Origin: Eledone cirrhosa
Lineage: Eukaryota
Assembly (NCBI GenBank): GCA_964016885.1
Contig: OZ024744.1
Location: 22,940,001 to 23,004,000, forward strand
Reading direction: 5' to 3'
Length of the DNA stretch: 64,000 nt
The notes beneath the pieces were generated by a model. That model did not search any database and was not told where the DNA came from. It saw nothing but the letters and a program-made list of their open reading frames with translations. Below are positions 1-12,800 of the stretch, in pieces. How positions within the stretch are numbered: position 1 is the first letter of the stretch; every line of letters begins with the position of its first letter. The translations under genes were made by a program, and so were the position numbers.

Positions 1-34
1 ATTCAACTGTTGTTAAAATGAGTCAGTTCTTAAG

Positions 35-883
35 ATTCAACTGTTGTTAAAACGAGTTTTATTTGAGGATTCAACTGTTGTTAAAACGAGTCAGTTCTTA
101 AGGTTGAACTGTTGATAAAACGAGTCAGTTCTTAAGATTCAACTGTTGTTAAAACGAGTTTTATCTACAGATTCAGCTGTTGTTAAAATGAGTCAGTTCT
201 TAAGATTCAACTGTTGTTAAAACGAGTTTTATCTTAAGATTCATCTGTTGTTAAAACGAGTCAGTTCTGAAGAATCAACTGTTGTTAAAACGAGTTTTAT
301 TTGAAGATTCAACTGTTGTTAAAACGAGTCAGTGCTTAAGGTTGAACTGTTGATAAAACGAGTCAGTTCTTAAGATTCAACTGTTGTTAAAACGAGTTTT
401 ATCTTAAGATTCAGCTGTTGTTAAAACGAGTCAGTTCTTAAGATTCAACTGTTGTTAATACGAATTTTATCTTAAGATTCAACTGTTGTTAAAACGAGTT
501 TTATCTTAAGATTCAGCTGTTGTTAAAACGAATCAGTTCTTAAGATTCAACTGTTGTTAAAACGAGTTTTATTTGAAGATTCAACTGTTGTTAAGATGAG
601 TCAGTTCTTAAGGTTGAACTGTTGATAAAACGAGTCAGTTCTTAAGATTCAACTGTTGTAAAACGAGTTTTATCTTAAGATTCAGCTGTTGTTAAAACGT
701 GTCAGTTCTTAAGATTCAACTGTTGTTAAAACGAGTTTTATCTTAAGATTCAACTGTTGTTAAAACGAATCAGTTCTTAAGATTCAACTGTTGTTAAAAT
801 GAGTCAGTTCTTAAGATTCAACTGTTGTTAAAACGAGTTTTATCTTAAGATTCAACTGTTGTTAAAACGAGTCAGTTCTTAAG
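35..883 (+). repeat. Example higher-order repeat unit (25 monomers, 849 bp)
   Basis: The ...ATTTGAGG-ending B monomer at 35 recurs at 884. It is followed by the same ordered variants: GTTGAAC..GATAAAAC, CT(A)(C/A)AG, CAGCT..AAAATG, CTGAAG/AATC, CAGTGC, GAATTTT, GAATCAG. 849 = 25x34-1 (one 33-mer at 647-679). Confidence 0.8.
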
Positions 884-3800
884 ATTCAACTGTTGTTAAA
901 ACGAGTTTTATTTGAGGATTCAACTGTTGTTAAAACGAGTCAGTTCTTAAGGTTGAACTGTTGATAAAACGAGTCAGTTCTTAAGATTCAACTGTTGTTA
1001 AAACGAGTTTTATCTAAAGATTCAGCTGTTGTTAAAATGAGTCAGTTCTTATGATTCAACTGTTGTTAAAACGAGTTTTATCTTAAGATTCAACTGTTGT
1101 TAAAACGAGTCAGTTCTGAAGAATCGACTGTTGTTAAAACGAGTTTTATTTGAAGATTCAACTGTTGTTAAAACGAGTCAGTGCTTAAGGTTGAACTGTT
1201 GATAAAACGAGTCAGTTCTTAAGATTCAACTGTTGTTAAAACGAGTTTTATCTTAAGATTCAGCTGTTGTTAAAACGAGTCAGTTCTTAAAATTCAACTG
1301 TTGTTAAAACGAATTTTATCTTAAGATTCAACTGTTGTTAAAACGAGTTTTATCTTAAGATTCAGCTGTTGTTAAAACGAATCAGTTCTTAAGATTCAAC
1401 TGTTGTTAAAACGAGTTTTATTTGAAGATTCAACTGTTGTAAAACGAGTTTTATCTTAAGATTCAGCTGTTGTTAAAACGAGTCAGTTCTTAAGGTTGAA
1501 CTGTTGTTAAAACGAGTCAGTTCTTAAGATTCAACTGTTGTTAAAACGAGTTTTATCTTAAGATTCAACTGTTGTTAAAACGAGTTTTATCTTAAGATTC
1601 AACTGTTGTTAAAACGAGTTTTATCTTAAGATTCAACTGTTGTTAAAACGAATCAGTTCTTAAGATTCAACTGTTGTTAAAATGAGTCAGTTCTTAAGAT
1701 TCAACTGTTGTTAAAACGAGTTTTATCTTAAGATTCAACTGTTGTTAAAACGAGTCAGTTCTTAAGATTCAACTGTAGTTAAAACGAGTTTTATCTGAAG
1801 ATTCAACTGTTGTTAAAACGAATCAGTTCTTAAGATTCAACTGTTGTTAAAATAAGTCAGTTCTTAAGATTCAACTGTTGTTAAAACGAGTTTTATCTTA
1901 AGATTCAACTGTTCTTAAAACGAGTCAGTTCTTAAGGTTGAACTGTTGTTAAAACGAGTCAGTTCTTAAGATTCAACTGTTGTTAAAACTAGTTTTATCT
2001 TAAGATTTAGCTGCTGTTAAAACGAGTCAGTTCTTAAGATTCAACTGTTGTTAAAACGAGTTTATCTTAAAATTCAGCCGTTGTTAAAACGAGTCAGTTC
2101 TTAAGATTCAACTGTTGTTAAAACGAGTTTTATCTTAAGATTCAACTGTTGTTAAAATGAGTCAGTTCTTAAGATTCAACTGTTGTTAAAACGAGTTTTA
2201 TTTGAGGATTCAACTGTTGTTAAAACGAGTCAGTTCTTAAGGTTGAACTGTTGAGAAAACGAGTCAGTTCTTAATATTTAACTGTTGTTAAAACGAGTTT
2301 TATCTAGAGATTCAGCTGTTGTTAAAATGAGTCAGTTCTTAAGATTCAACTGTTGTTAAAACGAGTTTTATCTTAAGATTCAACTGTTGTTAAAACGAGT
2401 CAGTTCTGAAGAATCAACTGTTGTTAAAACGAGTTTTATTTGAAGATGCAACTGTTGTTAAAACGAGTCAGTGCTTAAGGTTGAACTGTTGATAAAACGA
2501 GTCAGTTCTTAAGATTCAACTGTTGTTAAAACGAGTTTTAACTTAAGATTCTGCTGTTGTTAAAACGAGTCAGTTCTTAAGATTCAACTGTTTTTAAAAC
2601 GAATTTTATCTTAAGATTCAACTGTTGTTAAAACGAGTTTTATCTTAAGATTCAGCTGTTGTTAAAACGAATCAGTTCTTAAGATTCAACTGTTGTTAAA
2701 ACGAGTTTTATTTGAAGATTCAACTGTTGTTAAGATGAGTCAGTTCTTAAGGTTGAACTGTTGATAAAACGAGTCAGTTCTTAAGATTCAACTGTTGTAA
2801 AACGAGTTTTATCTTAAGATTCAGCTGTTGTTAAAACGAGTCAGTTCTTAAGATTCGACTGTTGTTAAAACGAGTTTTATCTGAACATTCAACTGTTGTT
2901 AAAACGAATCAGTTCTTAAGATTCAGCTGTTGTTAAAATGAGTCAGTTCTTAAGATTCAACTGTTGTTAAAACGAGTTTTATCTTAAGATTCAACTGTTG
3001 TTAAAACGAGTCAGTTCTGAAGAATCAACTGTTGTTAAAACGAGTTTTATTTGAAGATTCAACTGTTGTTAAAACGAGTCAGTGCTTAAGGTTGAACTGT
3101 TGATAAAACGAGTCAGTTCTTAAGATTCAACTGTTGTTAAAACGAGTTTTATCTTAAGATTCAGCTGTTGTTAAAACGAGTCAGTTCTTAAGATTCAACT
3201 GTTGTTAAAACGAGTTTTATCTTAAGATTCAACTGTTGTTAAAACGAATCAGTTCTTAAGATTCAACTGTTGTTAAAATGAGTCAGTTCTTAAGATTCAA
3301 CTGTTGTTAAAACGAGTTTTATCTTAAGATTCAACTGTTGTTAAAACGAGTCAGTTCTTAAGATTCAACTGTTGTTAAAACGAGTTTTATTTGAGGATTC
3401 AACTGTTGTTAAAACGAGTCAGTTCTTAAGGTTGAACTGTTGATAAAACGAGTCAGTTCTTAAGATTCAACTGTTGTTAAAACGAGTTTTATCTAAAGAT
3501 TCAGCTGTTGTTAAAATGAGTCAGTTCTTATGATTCAACTGTTGTTAAAACGAGTTTTATCTTAAGATTCAACTGTTGTTAAAACGAGTCAGTTCTGAAG
3601 AATCGACTGTTGTTAAAACGAGTTTTATTTGAAGATTCAACTGTTGTTAAAACGAGTCAGTTCTTAAGGTTGAACTGTTGATAAAACGAGTCAGTTCTTA
3701 AGATTCAACTGTTGTTAAAACGAGTTTTATCTTAAGATTCAACTGTTGTTAAAACGAGTTTTATCTTAAGATTCAGCTGTTGTTAAAATGAGTCAGTTCT

Positions 3801-6800
3801 TAAGATTCAACTGTTGTTAAAACGAGTTTTATCTTAAGATTCAACTGTTGTTAAAACGAGTCAGTTCTTAAGATTCAACTGTTGTTAAAACGAATTTTAT
3901 TTGAAGATTCAACTGTTGTTAAGATGAGTCAGTTCTTAAGGTTGAACTGTTGATAAAACGAGTCAGTTCTTAAGATTCAACTGTTGTAAAACGAGTTTTA
4001 TCTTAAGATTTAGCTGTTGTTAAAACGAGTCAGTTCTTAAGATTCAACTGTTGTTAAAACGAGTTTATCTTAAAATTCAGCCGTTGTTAAAACGAGTCAG
4101 TTCTTAAGATTCAACTGTTGTTAAAACGAGTTTTATCTTAAGATTCAACTGTTGTTGAAATGAGTCAGTTCTTAAGATTCAACTGTTGTTAAAACGAGTT
4201 TTATTTGAGGATTCAACTGTTGTTAAAACGAGTCAGTTCTTAAGGTTGAACTGTTGATAAAACGAGTCAGTTCTTAAGATTCAACTGTTGTTAAAACGAG
4301 TTCTATCTACAGATTCAGCTGTTGTTAAAATGAGTCAGTTCTTAAGATTCAACTGTTGTTAAAACGAGTTTTATCTTAAGATTCATCTGTTGTTAAAACG
4401 AGTCAGTTCTGAAGAATCAACTGTTGTTAAAACGAGTTTTATTTGAAGATTCAACTGTTATTAAAACGAGTCAGTGCTTAAGGTTGAACTGTTGATAAAA
4501 CGAATCAGTTCTTAAGATTCAACTGTTGTTAAAACGAGTTTTATCTTAAGATTCAGCTGTTGTTAAAACGAGTCAGTTCTTAAGATTCAACTGTTGTTAA
4601 TACGAATTTTATCTTAAGATTCAACTGTTGTTAAAACGAGTTTTATCTTAAGATTCAGCTGTTGTTAAAACGAATCAGTTCTTAAGATTCAACTGTTGTT
4701 AAAACGAGTTTTATTTGAAGATTCAACTGTTGTTAAGATGAGTCAGTTCTTAAGGTTGAACTGTTGATAAAACGAGTCAGTTCTTAAGATTCAACTGTTG
4801 TAAAACGAGTTTTATCTTAAGATTCAGCTGTTGTTAAAACGAGTCAGTTCTTAAGATTCAACTGTTGTTAAAACGAGTTTTATCTTAAGATTCAACTGTT
4901 GTTAAAACGAATCAGTTCTTAAGATTCAACTGTTGTTAAAATGAGTCAGTTCTTAAGATTCAACTGTTGTTAAAACGAGTTTTATCTTAAGATTCAACTG
5001 TTGTTAAAACGAGTCAGTTCTTAAGATTCAACTGTTGTTAAAACGAGTTTTATTTGAGGATTCAACTGTTGTTAAAACGAGTCAGTTCTTAAGGTTGAAC
5101 TGTTGATAAAACGAGTCAGTTCTTAAGATTCAAATGTTGTTAAAACGAGTTTTATCTAAAGATTCAGCTGTTGTTAAAATGAGTCAGTTCTTATGATTCA
5201 ACTGTTGTTAAAACGAGTTTTATCTTAAGATTCAACTGTTGTTAAAACGAGTCAGTTCTGAAGAATCGACTGTTGTTAAAACGAGTTTTATTTGAAGATT
5301 CAACTGTTGTTAAAACGAGTCAGTTCTTAAGGTTGAACTGTTGATAAAACGAGTCAGTTCTTAAGATTCAACTGTTGTTAAAACGAGTTTTATCTTAAGA
5401 TTCAGCTGTTGTTAAAACGAGTCAGTTCTTAAGATTCAACTGTTGTTAAAACGAGTTTTATCTTAAGATTCAACTGTTGTTAAAACGAATCAGTTCTTAA
5501 GATTCAACTGTTGTTAAAATGAGTCAGTTCTTAAGATTCAACTGTTGTTAAAACGAGTTTTATCTTAAGATTCAACTGTTGTTAAAACGAGTCAGTTCTT
5601 AAGATTCAACTGTTGTTAAAACGAGTTTTATTTGAGGATTCAACTGTTGTTAAAACGAGTCAGTTCTTAAGGTTGAACTGTTGATAAAACGAGGCACTTC
5701 TTAAGATTCAACTGTTGTTAAAACGAGTTTATCTTAAAATTCAGCCGTTGTTAAAACGAGTCAGTTCTTAAGATTCAACTGTTGTTAAAACGAGTTTTAT
5801 CTTAAGATTCAACTGTTGTTAAAATGAGTCAGTTCTTAAGATTCAACTGTTGTTAAAACGAGTTTTCTTTGAGGATTCAACTGTTGTTAAAACGAGTCAG
5901 TTCTTAAGGTTGAACTGTTGATAAAACGAGTCAGTTCTTAAGATTCAACTGTTGTTAAAACGAGTTTTATCTAAAGATTCAGCTGTTGTTAAAATGAGTC
6001 AGTTCTTAAGATTCAACTGTTGTTAAAACGAGTTTTATCTTAAGATTCAACTGTTGTTAAAACGAGTCAGTTCTGAAGAATCAACTGTTGTTAAAACGAG
6101 TTTTCTTTGAAGATTCAACTGTTGTTAAAACGAGTCAGTGCTTAAGGTTGAACTGTTGATAAAACGAGGCACTTCTTAAGATTCAACTGTTGTTAAAACG
6201 AGTTTTATCTTAAGATTCAGCTGTTGTTAAAACGAGTCAGTTCTTAAGATTCAACTGTTGTTAAAACGAATTTTATCTTAAGATTCAACTGTTGTTAAAA
6301 CGAGTTTTATCTTAAGATTCAGCTGTTGTTAAAACGAATCAGTTCTTAAGATTCAACTGTTGTTAAAGCGAGTTTTATCTTAAGATTCAACTGTTGTTAA
6401 AACGAATCAGTTCTTAAGATTCAACTGTTGTTAAAACGAGTGTTATCTTAAGATTCATCTGTTGTTAAAACGAGTCAGTTCTGAAGAATCAACTGTTGTT
6501 AAAACGAGTTTTATTTGGAGATTAAACTGTTGTTAAAACGAGTCAGTGCTTAAGGTTGAACAGTTGATAAAACGAGTCAGTTCTTAAGATTCAACTGTTG
6601 TTACAACGAGTTTTATCTTAAGATTCAGCTGTTGTTAAAACGAGTCAGTTCTTAAGATTCAACTGTTGTTAAAACGAATTTTATCTTAAGATTCAACTGT
6701 TGTTAAAACGAGTTTTATCTTAAGATTCAGCTGTTGTTAAAACGAATCAATTCTTAAGATTCAACTGTTGTTAAAACGAGTTTTATTTGAAGATTCAACT

Positions 6801-9800
6801 GTTGTTAAGATGAGTCAGTTCTTAAGGTTGAACTGTTGATAAAACGAGTCAGTTCTTAAGATTCAACTGTTGTAAAACGAGTTTTATCTTAAGATTAAAC
6901 TGTTGTTAAAACGAATCAGTTCTTAAGATTCAACTGTTGTTAAAATGAGTCAGTTCTTAAGATTCAACTGTTGTTAAAACGAGTTTTATCTTAAGATTCA
7001 ACTGTTGTTAAAACGAGTCAGTTCTTAAGATTCAACTGTAGTTAAAACGAGTTTTATCTGAAGATTCAACTGTTGTTAAAACGAATCAGTTCTTAAGATT
7101 CAACTGTTGTTAAAGTGAGTCAGTTCTTAAGATTCAACTGTTGTTAATGCGAGTTTTATCTTAAGATTCAACTGTTGTTAAAACGAGTCAGTTCTTAAGG
7201 TTGAACTGTTGTTAAAACGAGTCAGTTCTTAAGATTCAACTGTTGTTAAAACGAGTTTTATCTTAAGATTCAACTGTTGTTAAAACGAGTCAGTTCTTAA
7301 GATTCAACTGTTTTTAAAACGAGTTTTATTTGAAGATTCAACTGTTGTTAAAACGAGTCAGTGCTTAAGGTTGAACTGTTGATAAAACGAGTCAGTTCTT
7401 AAGATTCAACTGTTGTTAAAAAGAGTTTTATCTTAAGATTCAGCTGTTGTTAAAACGAGTCAGTTCTTAAGATTCAACTGTTGTTAAAACGAGTTTTATC
7501 TTAAGATTCAGCTGTTGTTAAAACGAATCAGTTCTTAAGATTCAACTGTTGTTAAAACGAATTTTATTTGAAGATTCAACTGTTGTTAAGATGAGTCAGT
7601 TCTTAAGGTTGAACTGTTGATAAAACGAGTCAGTTCTTAAGATTCAACTGTTGTTAAAACGAGTTTTATCTTAAGATGTAGCTGTTGTTAAAACGAGTCA
7701 GTTCTTAAGATTCAACTGTTGTTAAAACGAGTTTATCTTAAAATTCAGCCGTTGTTAAAACGAGTCAGTTCTTAAGATTCAACTGTTGTTAAAACGAGTT
7801 TTATCTTAAGATTCAACTGTTGTTAAAATGAGTCAGTTCTTAAGATTCAACTGTTGTTAAAACGAGTTTTATTTGAGGATTCAACTGTTGTTAAAACGAG
7901 TCAGTTCTTAAGGTTGAACTGTTGATAAAACGAGTCAGTTCTTAAGATTCAACTGTTGTTAAAACGAGTCAGTTCTGAAGAATCAACTGTTGTTAAAACG
8001 AATTTTATTTGAAGATTCAACTGTTGTTAAAACGAGTCAGTGCTTAAGGTTGAACTGTTGATAAAACGAGTCAGTTCTTAAGATTCAACTGTTGTTAAAA
8101 CGAGTTTTATCTTAAGATTCAGCTGTTGTTAAAACGAGTCAGTTCTTAAGATTCAACTGTTGTTAAAACGAATTTTATCTTAAGATTCAACTGTTGTTAA
8201 AACGAGTTTTATCTTAAGATTCAGCTGTTGTTAAAACGAATCAGTTCTTAAGATTCAACTGTTGTTAAAACGAGTTTTATTTGAAGATTCAACTGTTGTA
8301 AAACGAGTTTTATCTTAAGATTCAAGTGTTGTTAAAACGAATCAGTTCTTAAGATTCAACTGTTGTTAAAACGAGTTTTATTTGAAGATTCAACTGTTGT
8401 TAAAACGAGTTTTATCTTAAGATTCAACTGTTGTTAAAACGAGTCACTTCTTAAGATTCAACTGTAGTTAAAACGAGTTTTATCTGAAGATTCAACTGTT
8501 GTTAAAACGAATCAGTTCTTAAGATTCAACTGTTGTTAAAATGAGTCAGTTCTTAAGATTCAACTGTTGTTAAAACGAGTTTTATCTTAAGATTCAACTG
8601 TTCTTAAAACGAGTCAGTTCTTAAGGTTGAACTGTTGTTAAAACGAGACAGTTCTTAAGATTCAACTGTTGTTAAAACGAATTTTATTTGAAGATTCAAC
8701 TGTTGTTAAGATGAGTCAGTTCTTAAGGTTGAACTGTTGATAAAACGAGTCAGTTCTTAAGATTCAACTGTTGTTACAACGAGTTTTATCTTAAGATTTA
8801 GCTGTTGTTAAAACGAGTCAGTTCTTAAGATTCAACTGTTGTTAAAACGAGTTTATCTTAAAATTCAGCCGTTGTTAAAACGAGTCAGTTCTTAAGATTC
8901 AACTGTTGTTAAAACGAGTTTTATCTTAAGATTCAACTGTTGTTAAAATGAGTGAGTTCTTAAGATTCAACTGTTGTTAAAACGAGTTTTATTTGAGGAT
9001 TCAACTGTTGTTAAAACGAGTCTGTTCTTAAGGTTGAACTGTTGATAAAACGAGTCAGTTCTTAAGATTCAACTGTTGTTAAAACGAGTTTTATCTAAAG
9101 ATTCAGCTGTTGTTAAAATGAGTCAGTTCTTAAGATTCAACTGTTGTTAAAACGAGTTTTATCTTAAGATTCAACTGTTGTTAAAACGAGTCAGTTCTGA
9201 AGAATCAACTGTTGTTAAAACGAGTTTTATTTGAAGATTCAACTGTTGTTAAAACGAGTCAGTGCTTAAGGTTGAACTGTTGATAAAACGAGGCAGTTCT
9301 TAAGATCCAACTGTTGTTAAAACGAGTTTTATCTTAAGATTCAGCTGTTGTTAAAACGAATCAGTTCTTAAGATTCAACTGTTGTTAAAACGAGTGTTAT
9401 CTTAAGATTCATCTGTTGTTAAAACGAGTCAGTTCTGAAGAATCAACTGTTGTTAAAACGAGTTTTATTTGAAGAATCAACTGTTGTTAAAACGAGTCAG
9501 TACTTAAGGTTGAACTGTTGATAAAACGAGTCTGTTCTTAAGATTCAACTGTTGTTACAACGAGTTTTATCTTAAGATTCAGCTGTTGTTAAAACGAGTC
9601 AGTTCTTAAGATTCAACTGTTGTTAAAACGAATTTTATCTTAAGATTCAACTGTTGTTAAAACGAGTTTTATCTTAAGATTCAGCTGTTGTTAAAACGAA
9701 TCAATTCTTAAGATTCAACTGTTGTTAAAACGAGTCAGTTCTTAAGATTCAACTGTTGTTAAAACGAGTTTTATTTGAAGATTCAACTGTTGTTAAGATG

Positions 9801-12800
9801 AGTCAGTTCTTAAGGTTGAACTGTTGATAAAACGAGTCAGTTCTTAAGATTCAACTGTTGTAAAACAAGTTTTATCTTAAGATTCAACTGTTGTTAAAAC
9901 GAATCAGTTCTTAAGATTCAACTGTTGTTAAAATGAGTCAGTTCTTAAGATTCAACTGTTATTAAAACGAGTTTTATCTTAAGATTCAACTGTTGTTAAA
10001 ACGAGTCAGTTCTTAAGATTCAACTGTAGTTAAAACGAGTTTTATCTGAAGATTCAACTGTTGTTAAAACGAATCAGTTCTTAAGATTCAACTGTTGTTA
10101 AAGTGAGTCAGTTCTTAAGATTCAACTGTTGTTAAAGCGAGTTTTATCTTAAGATTCAACTGTTGTTAAAACGAGTCAGTTCTTAAGGTTGAACTGTTGT
10201 TAAAACGAGTCAGTTCTTAAGATTCAACTGTTGTTAAAACGAGTTTTATCTTAAGATTCAACTGTTGTTAAAATGAGTCAGTTCTTAAGATTCAACCGTT
10301 GTTAAAACGAGTTTTATCTTAAGATTCAACGGTTGTTAAAACGAGTCAGTTCTTAAGATTCAACTGTTTTTAAAACGAGTTTTATTTGAAGATTCAACTG
10401 TTGTTAAAACGAGTCAGTGCTTAAGGTTGAACTGTTGATAAAACGAGTCAGTTCTTAAGATTCAACTGTTGTTAAAAAGAGTTTTATCTTAAGATTCAGC
10501 TGTTGTTAAAACGAGTCAGTTCTTAAGATTCAACTGTTGTTAAAACGAATTTTATCTTAAGATTCAACTGTTGTTAAAACGAGTTTTATCTTAAGATTCA
10601 GCTGTTGTTAAAACGAATCAGTTCTTAAGATTCAACTGTTGTTAAAACGAATTTTATTTGAAGATTCAACTGTTGTTAAGATGAGTCAGTTCTTACGGTT
10701 GAACTGTTGATAAAACGAGTCAGTTCTTAAGATTCAACTGTTGTTAAAACGAGTTTTATCTTAAGATGTAGCTGTTGTTAAAACGAGTCAGTTCTTAAGA
10801 TTCAACTGTTGTTAAAACGAGTTTATCTTAAAATTCAGCCGTTGTTAAAACGAGTCAGTTCTTAAGATTCAACTGTTGTTAAAACGAGTTTTATCTTAAG
10901 ATTCAACTGTTGTTAAAATGAGTCAGTTCTTAAGATTCAACTGTTGTTAAAACGAGTTTTATTTGAGGATTCAACTGTTGTTAAAACGAGTCAGTTCTTA
11001 AGGTTGAACTGTTGATAAAACGAGTCAGTTCTTAAGATTCAACTGTTGTTAAAACGAGTCAGTTCTGAAGAATCAACTGTTGTTAAAACGAGCTTTATTT
11101 GAAGATTCAACTGTTGTTAAAACGAGTCAGTGCTTAAGGTTGAACTGTTGATAAGACGAGTCAGTTCTTAAGATTCAACTGTTGTTAAAACGAGTTTTAT
11201 CTTAAGATTCAGCTGTTGTTAAAACGAGTCAGTTCTTAAGATTCAACTGTTGTTAAAACGAATTTTATCTTAAGATTCAACTGTTGTTAAAACGAGTTTT
11301 ATCTTAAGATTCAGCTGTTGTTAAAACGAATCAGTTCTTAAGATTCAACTGTTGTTAAAACGAGTTTTATTTGAAGATTCAACTGTTGTAAAACGAGTTT
11401 TATCTTAAGATTCAGCTGTTGTTAAAACGAGTCAGTTCTTAAGATTCAACTGTTGTTAAAACGAGTTTTATCTTAAGATTCAACTGTTGTTAAAACGAAT
11501 CAGTTCTTAAGATTCAACTGTTGTTAAAATGAGTCAGTTCTTAAGATTCAACTGTTGTTAAAACGAGTTTTATCTTAAGATTCAACTGTTGTTAAAACGA
11601 GTCAGTTCTTAAGATTCAACTGTAGTTAAAACGAGTTTTATCTGAAGATTCAACTGTTGTTAAAACGAATCAGTTCTTAAGATTCAACTGTTGTTAAAAT
11701 GAGTCAGTTCTTAAGATTCAACTGTTGTTAAAACGAGTTTTATCTTAAGATTCAACTGTTCTTAAAACGAGTCAGTTCTTAAGGTTGAACTGTTGTTAAA
11801 ACGAGTCAGTTCTTAAGATTCAACTGTTGTTAAAACGAATTTTATTTGAAGATTCAACTGTTGTTAAGATGAGTCAGTTCTTAAGGTTGAACTGTTGATA
11901 AAACGAGTCAGTTCTTAAGATTCAACTGTTGTTAAAACGAGTTTTATCTTAAGATTTAGCTGTTGTTAAAACGAGTCAGTTCTTAAGATTCAACTGTTGT
12001 TAAAACGAGTTTATCTTAAAATTCAGCCGTTGTTAAAACGAGTCAGTTCTTAAGATTCAACTGTTGTTAAAACGAGTTTTATTTGAGGATTCAACTGTTG
12101 TTAAAACGAGTCTGTTCTTAAGGTTGAACTGTTGATAAAACGAGTCAGTTCTTAAGATTCAACTGTTGTTAAAACGAGTTTTATCTAAAGATTCAGCTGT
12201 TGTTAAAATGAGTCAGTTCTTAAGATTCAACTGTTGTTAAAACGAGTTTTATCTTAAGATTCAACTGTTGTTAAAACGAGTCAGTTCTGAAGAATCAACT
12301 GTTGTTAAAACGAGTTTTATTTGAAGATTCAACTGTTGTTAAAACGAGTCAGTGCTTAAGGTTGAACTGTTGATAAAACGAGGCAGTTCTTAAGATTCAA
12401 CTGTTGTTAAAACGAGTTTTATCTTAAGATTCAGCTGTTGTTAAAACGAGTCAGTTCTTAAGATTCAACTGTTGTTAAAACGAATTTTATCTTAAGATTC
12501 AACTGTTGTTAAAACGAGTTTTATCTTAAGATTCAGCTGTTGTTAAAACGAATCAGTTCTTAAGATTCAACTGTTGTTAAAACGAGTTTTATCTTAAGAT
12601 TCAACTGTTGTTAAAACGAATCAGTTCTTAAGATTCAACTGTTGTTAAAACGAGTGTTATCTTAAGATTCATCTGTTGTTAAAACGAGTCAGTTCTGAAG
12701 AATCAACTGTTGTTAAAACGAGTTTTATTTGAAGATTCAACTGTTGTTAAAACGAGTCAGTGCTTAAGGTTGAACTGTTGATAAAACGAGTCAGTTCTTA

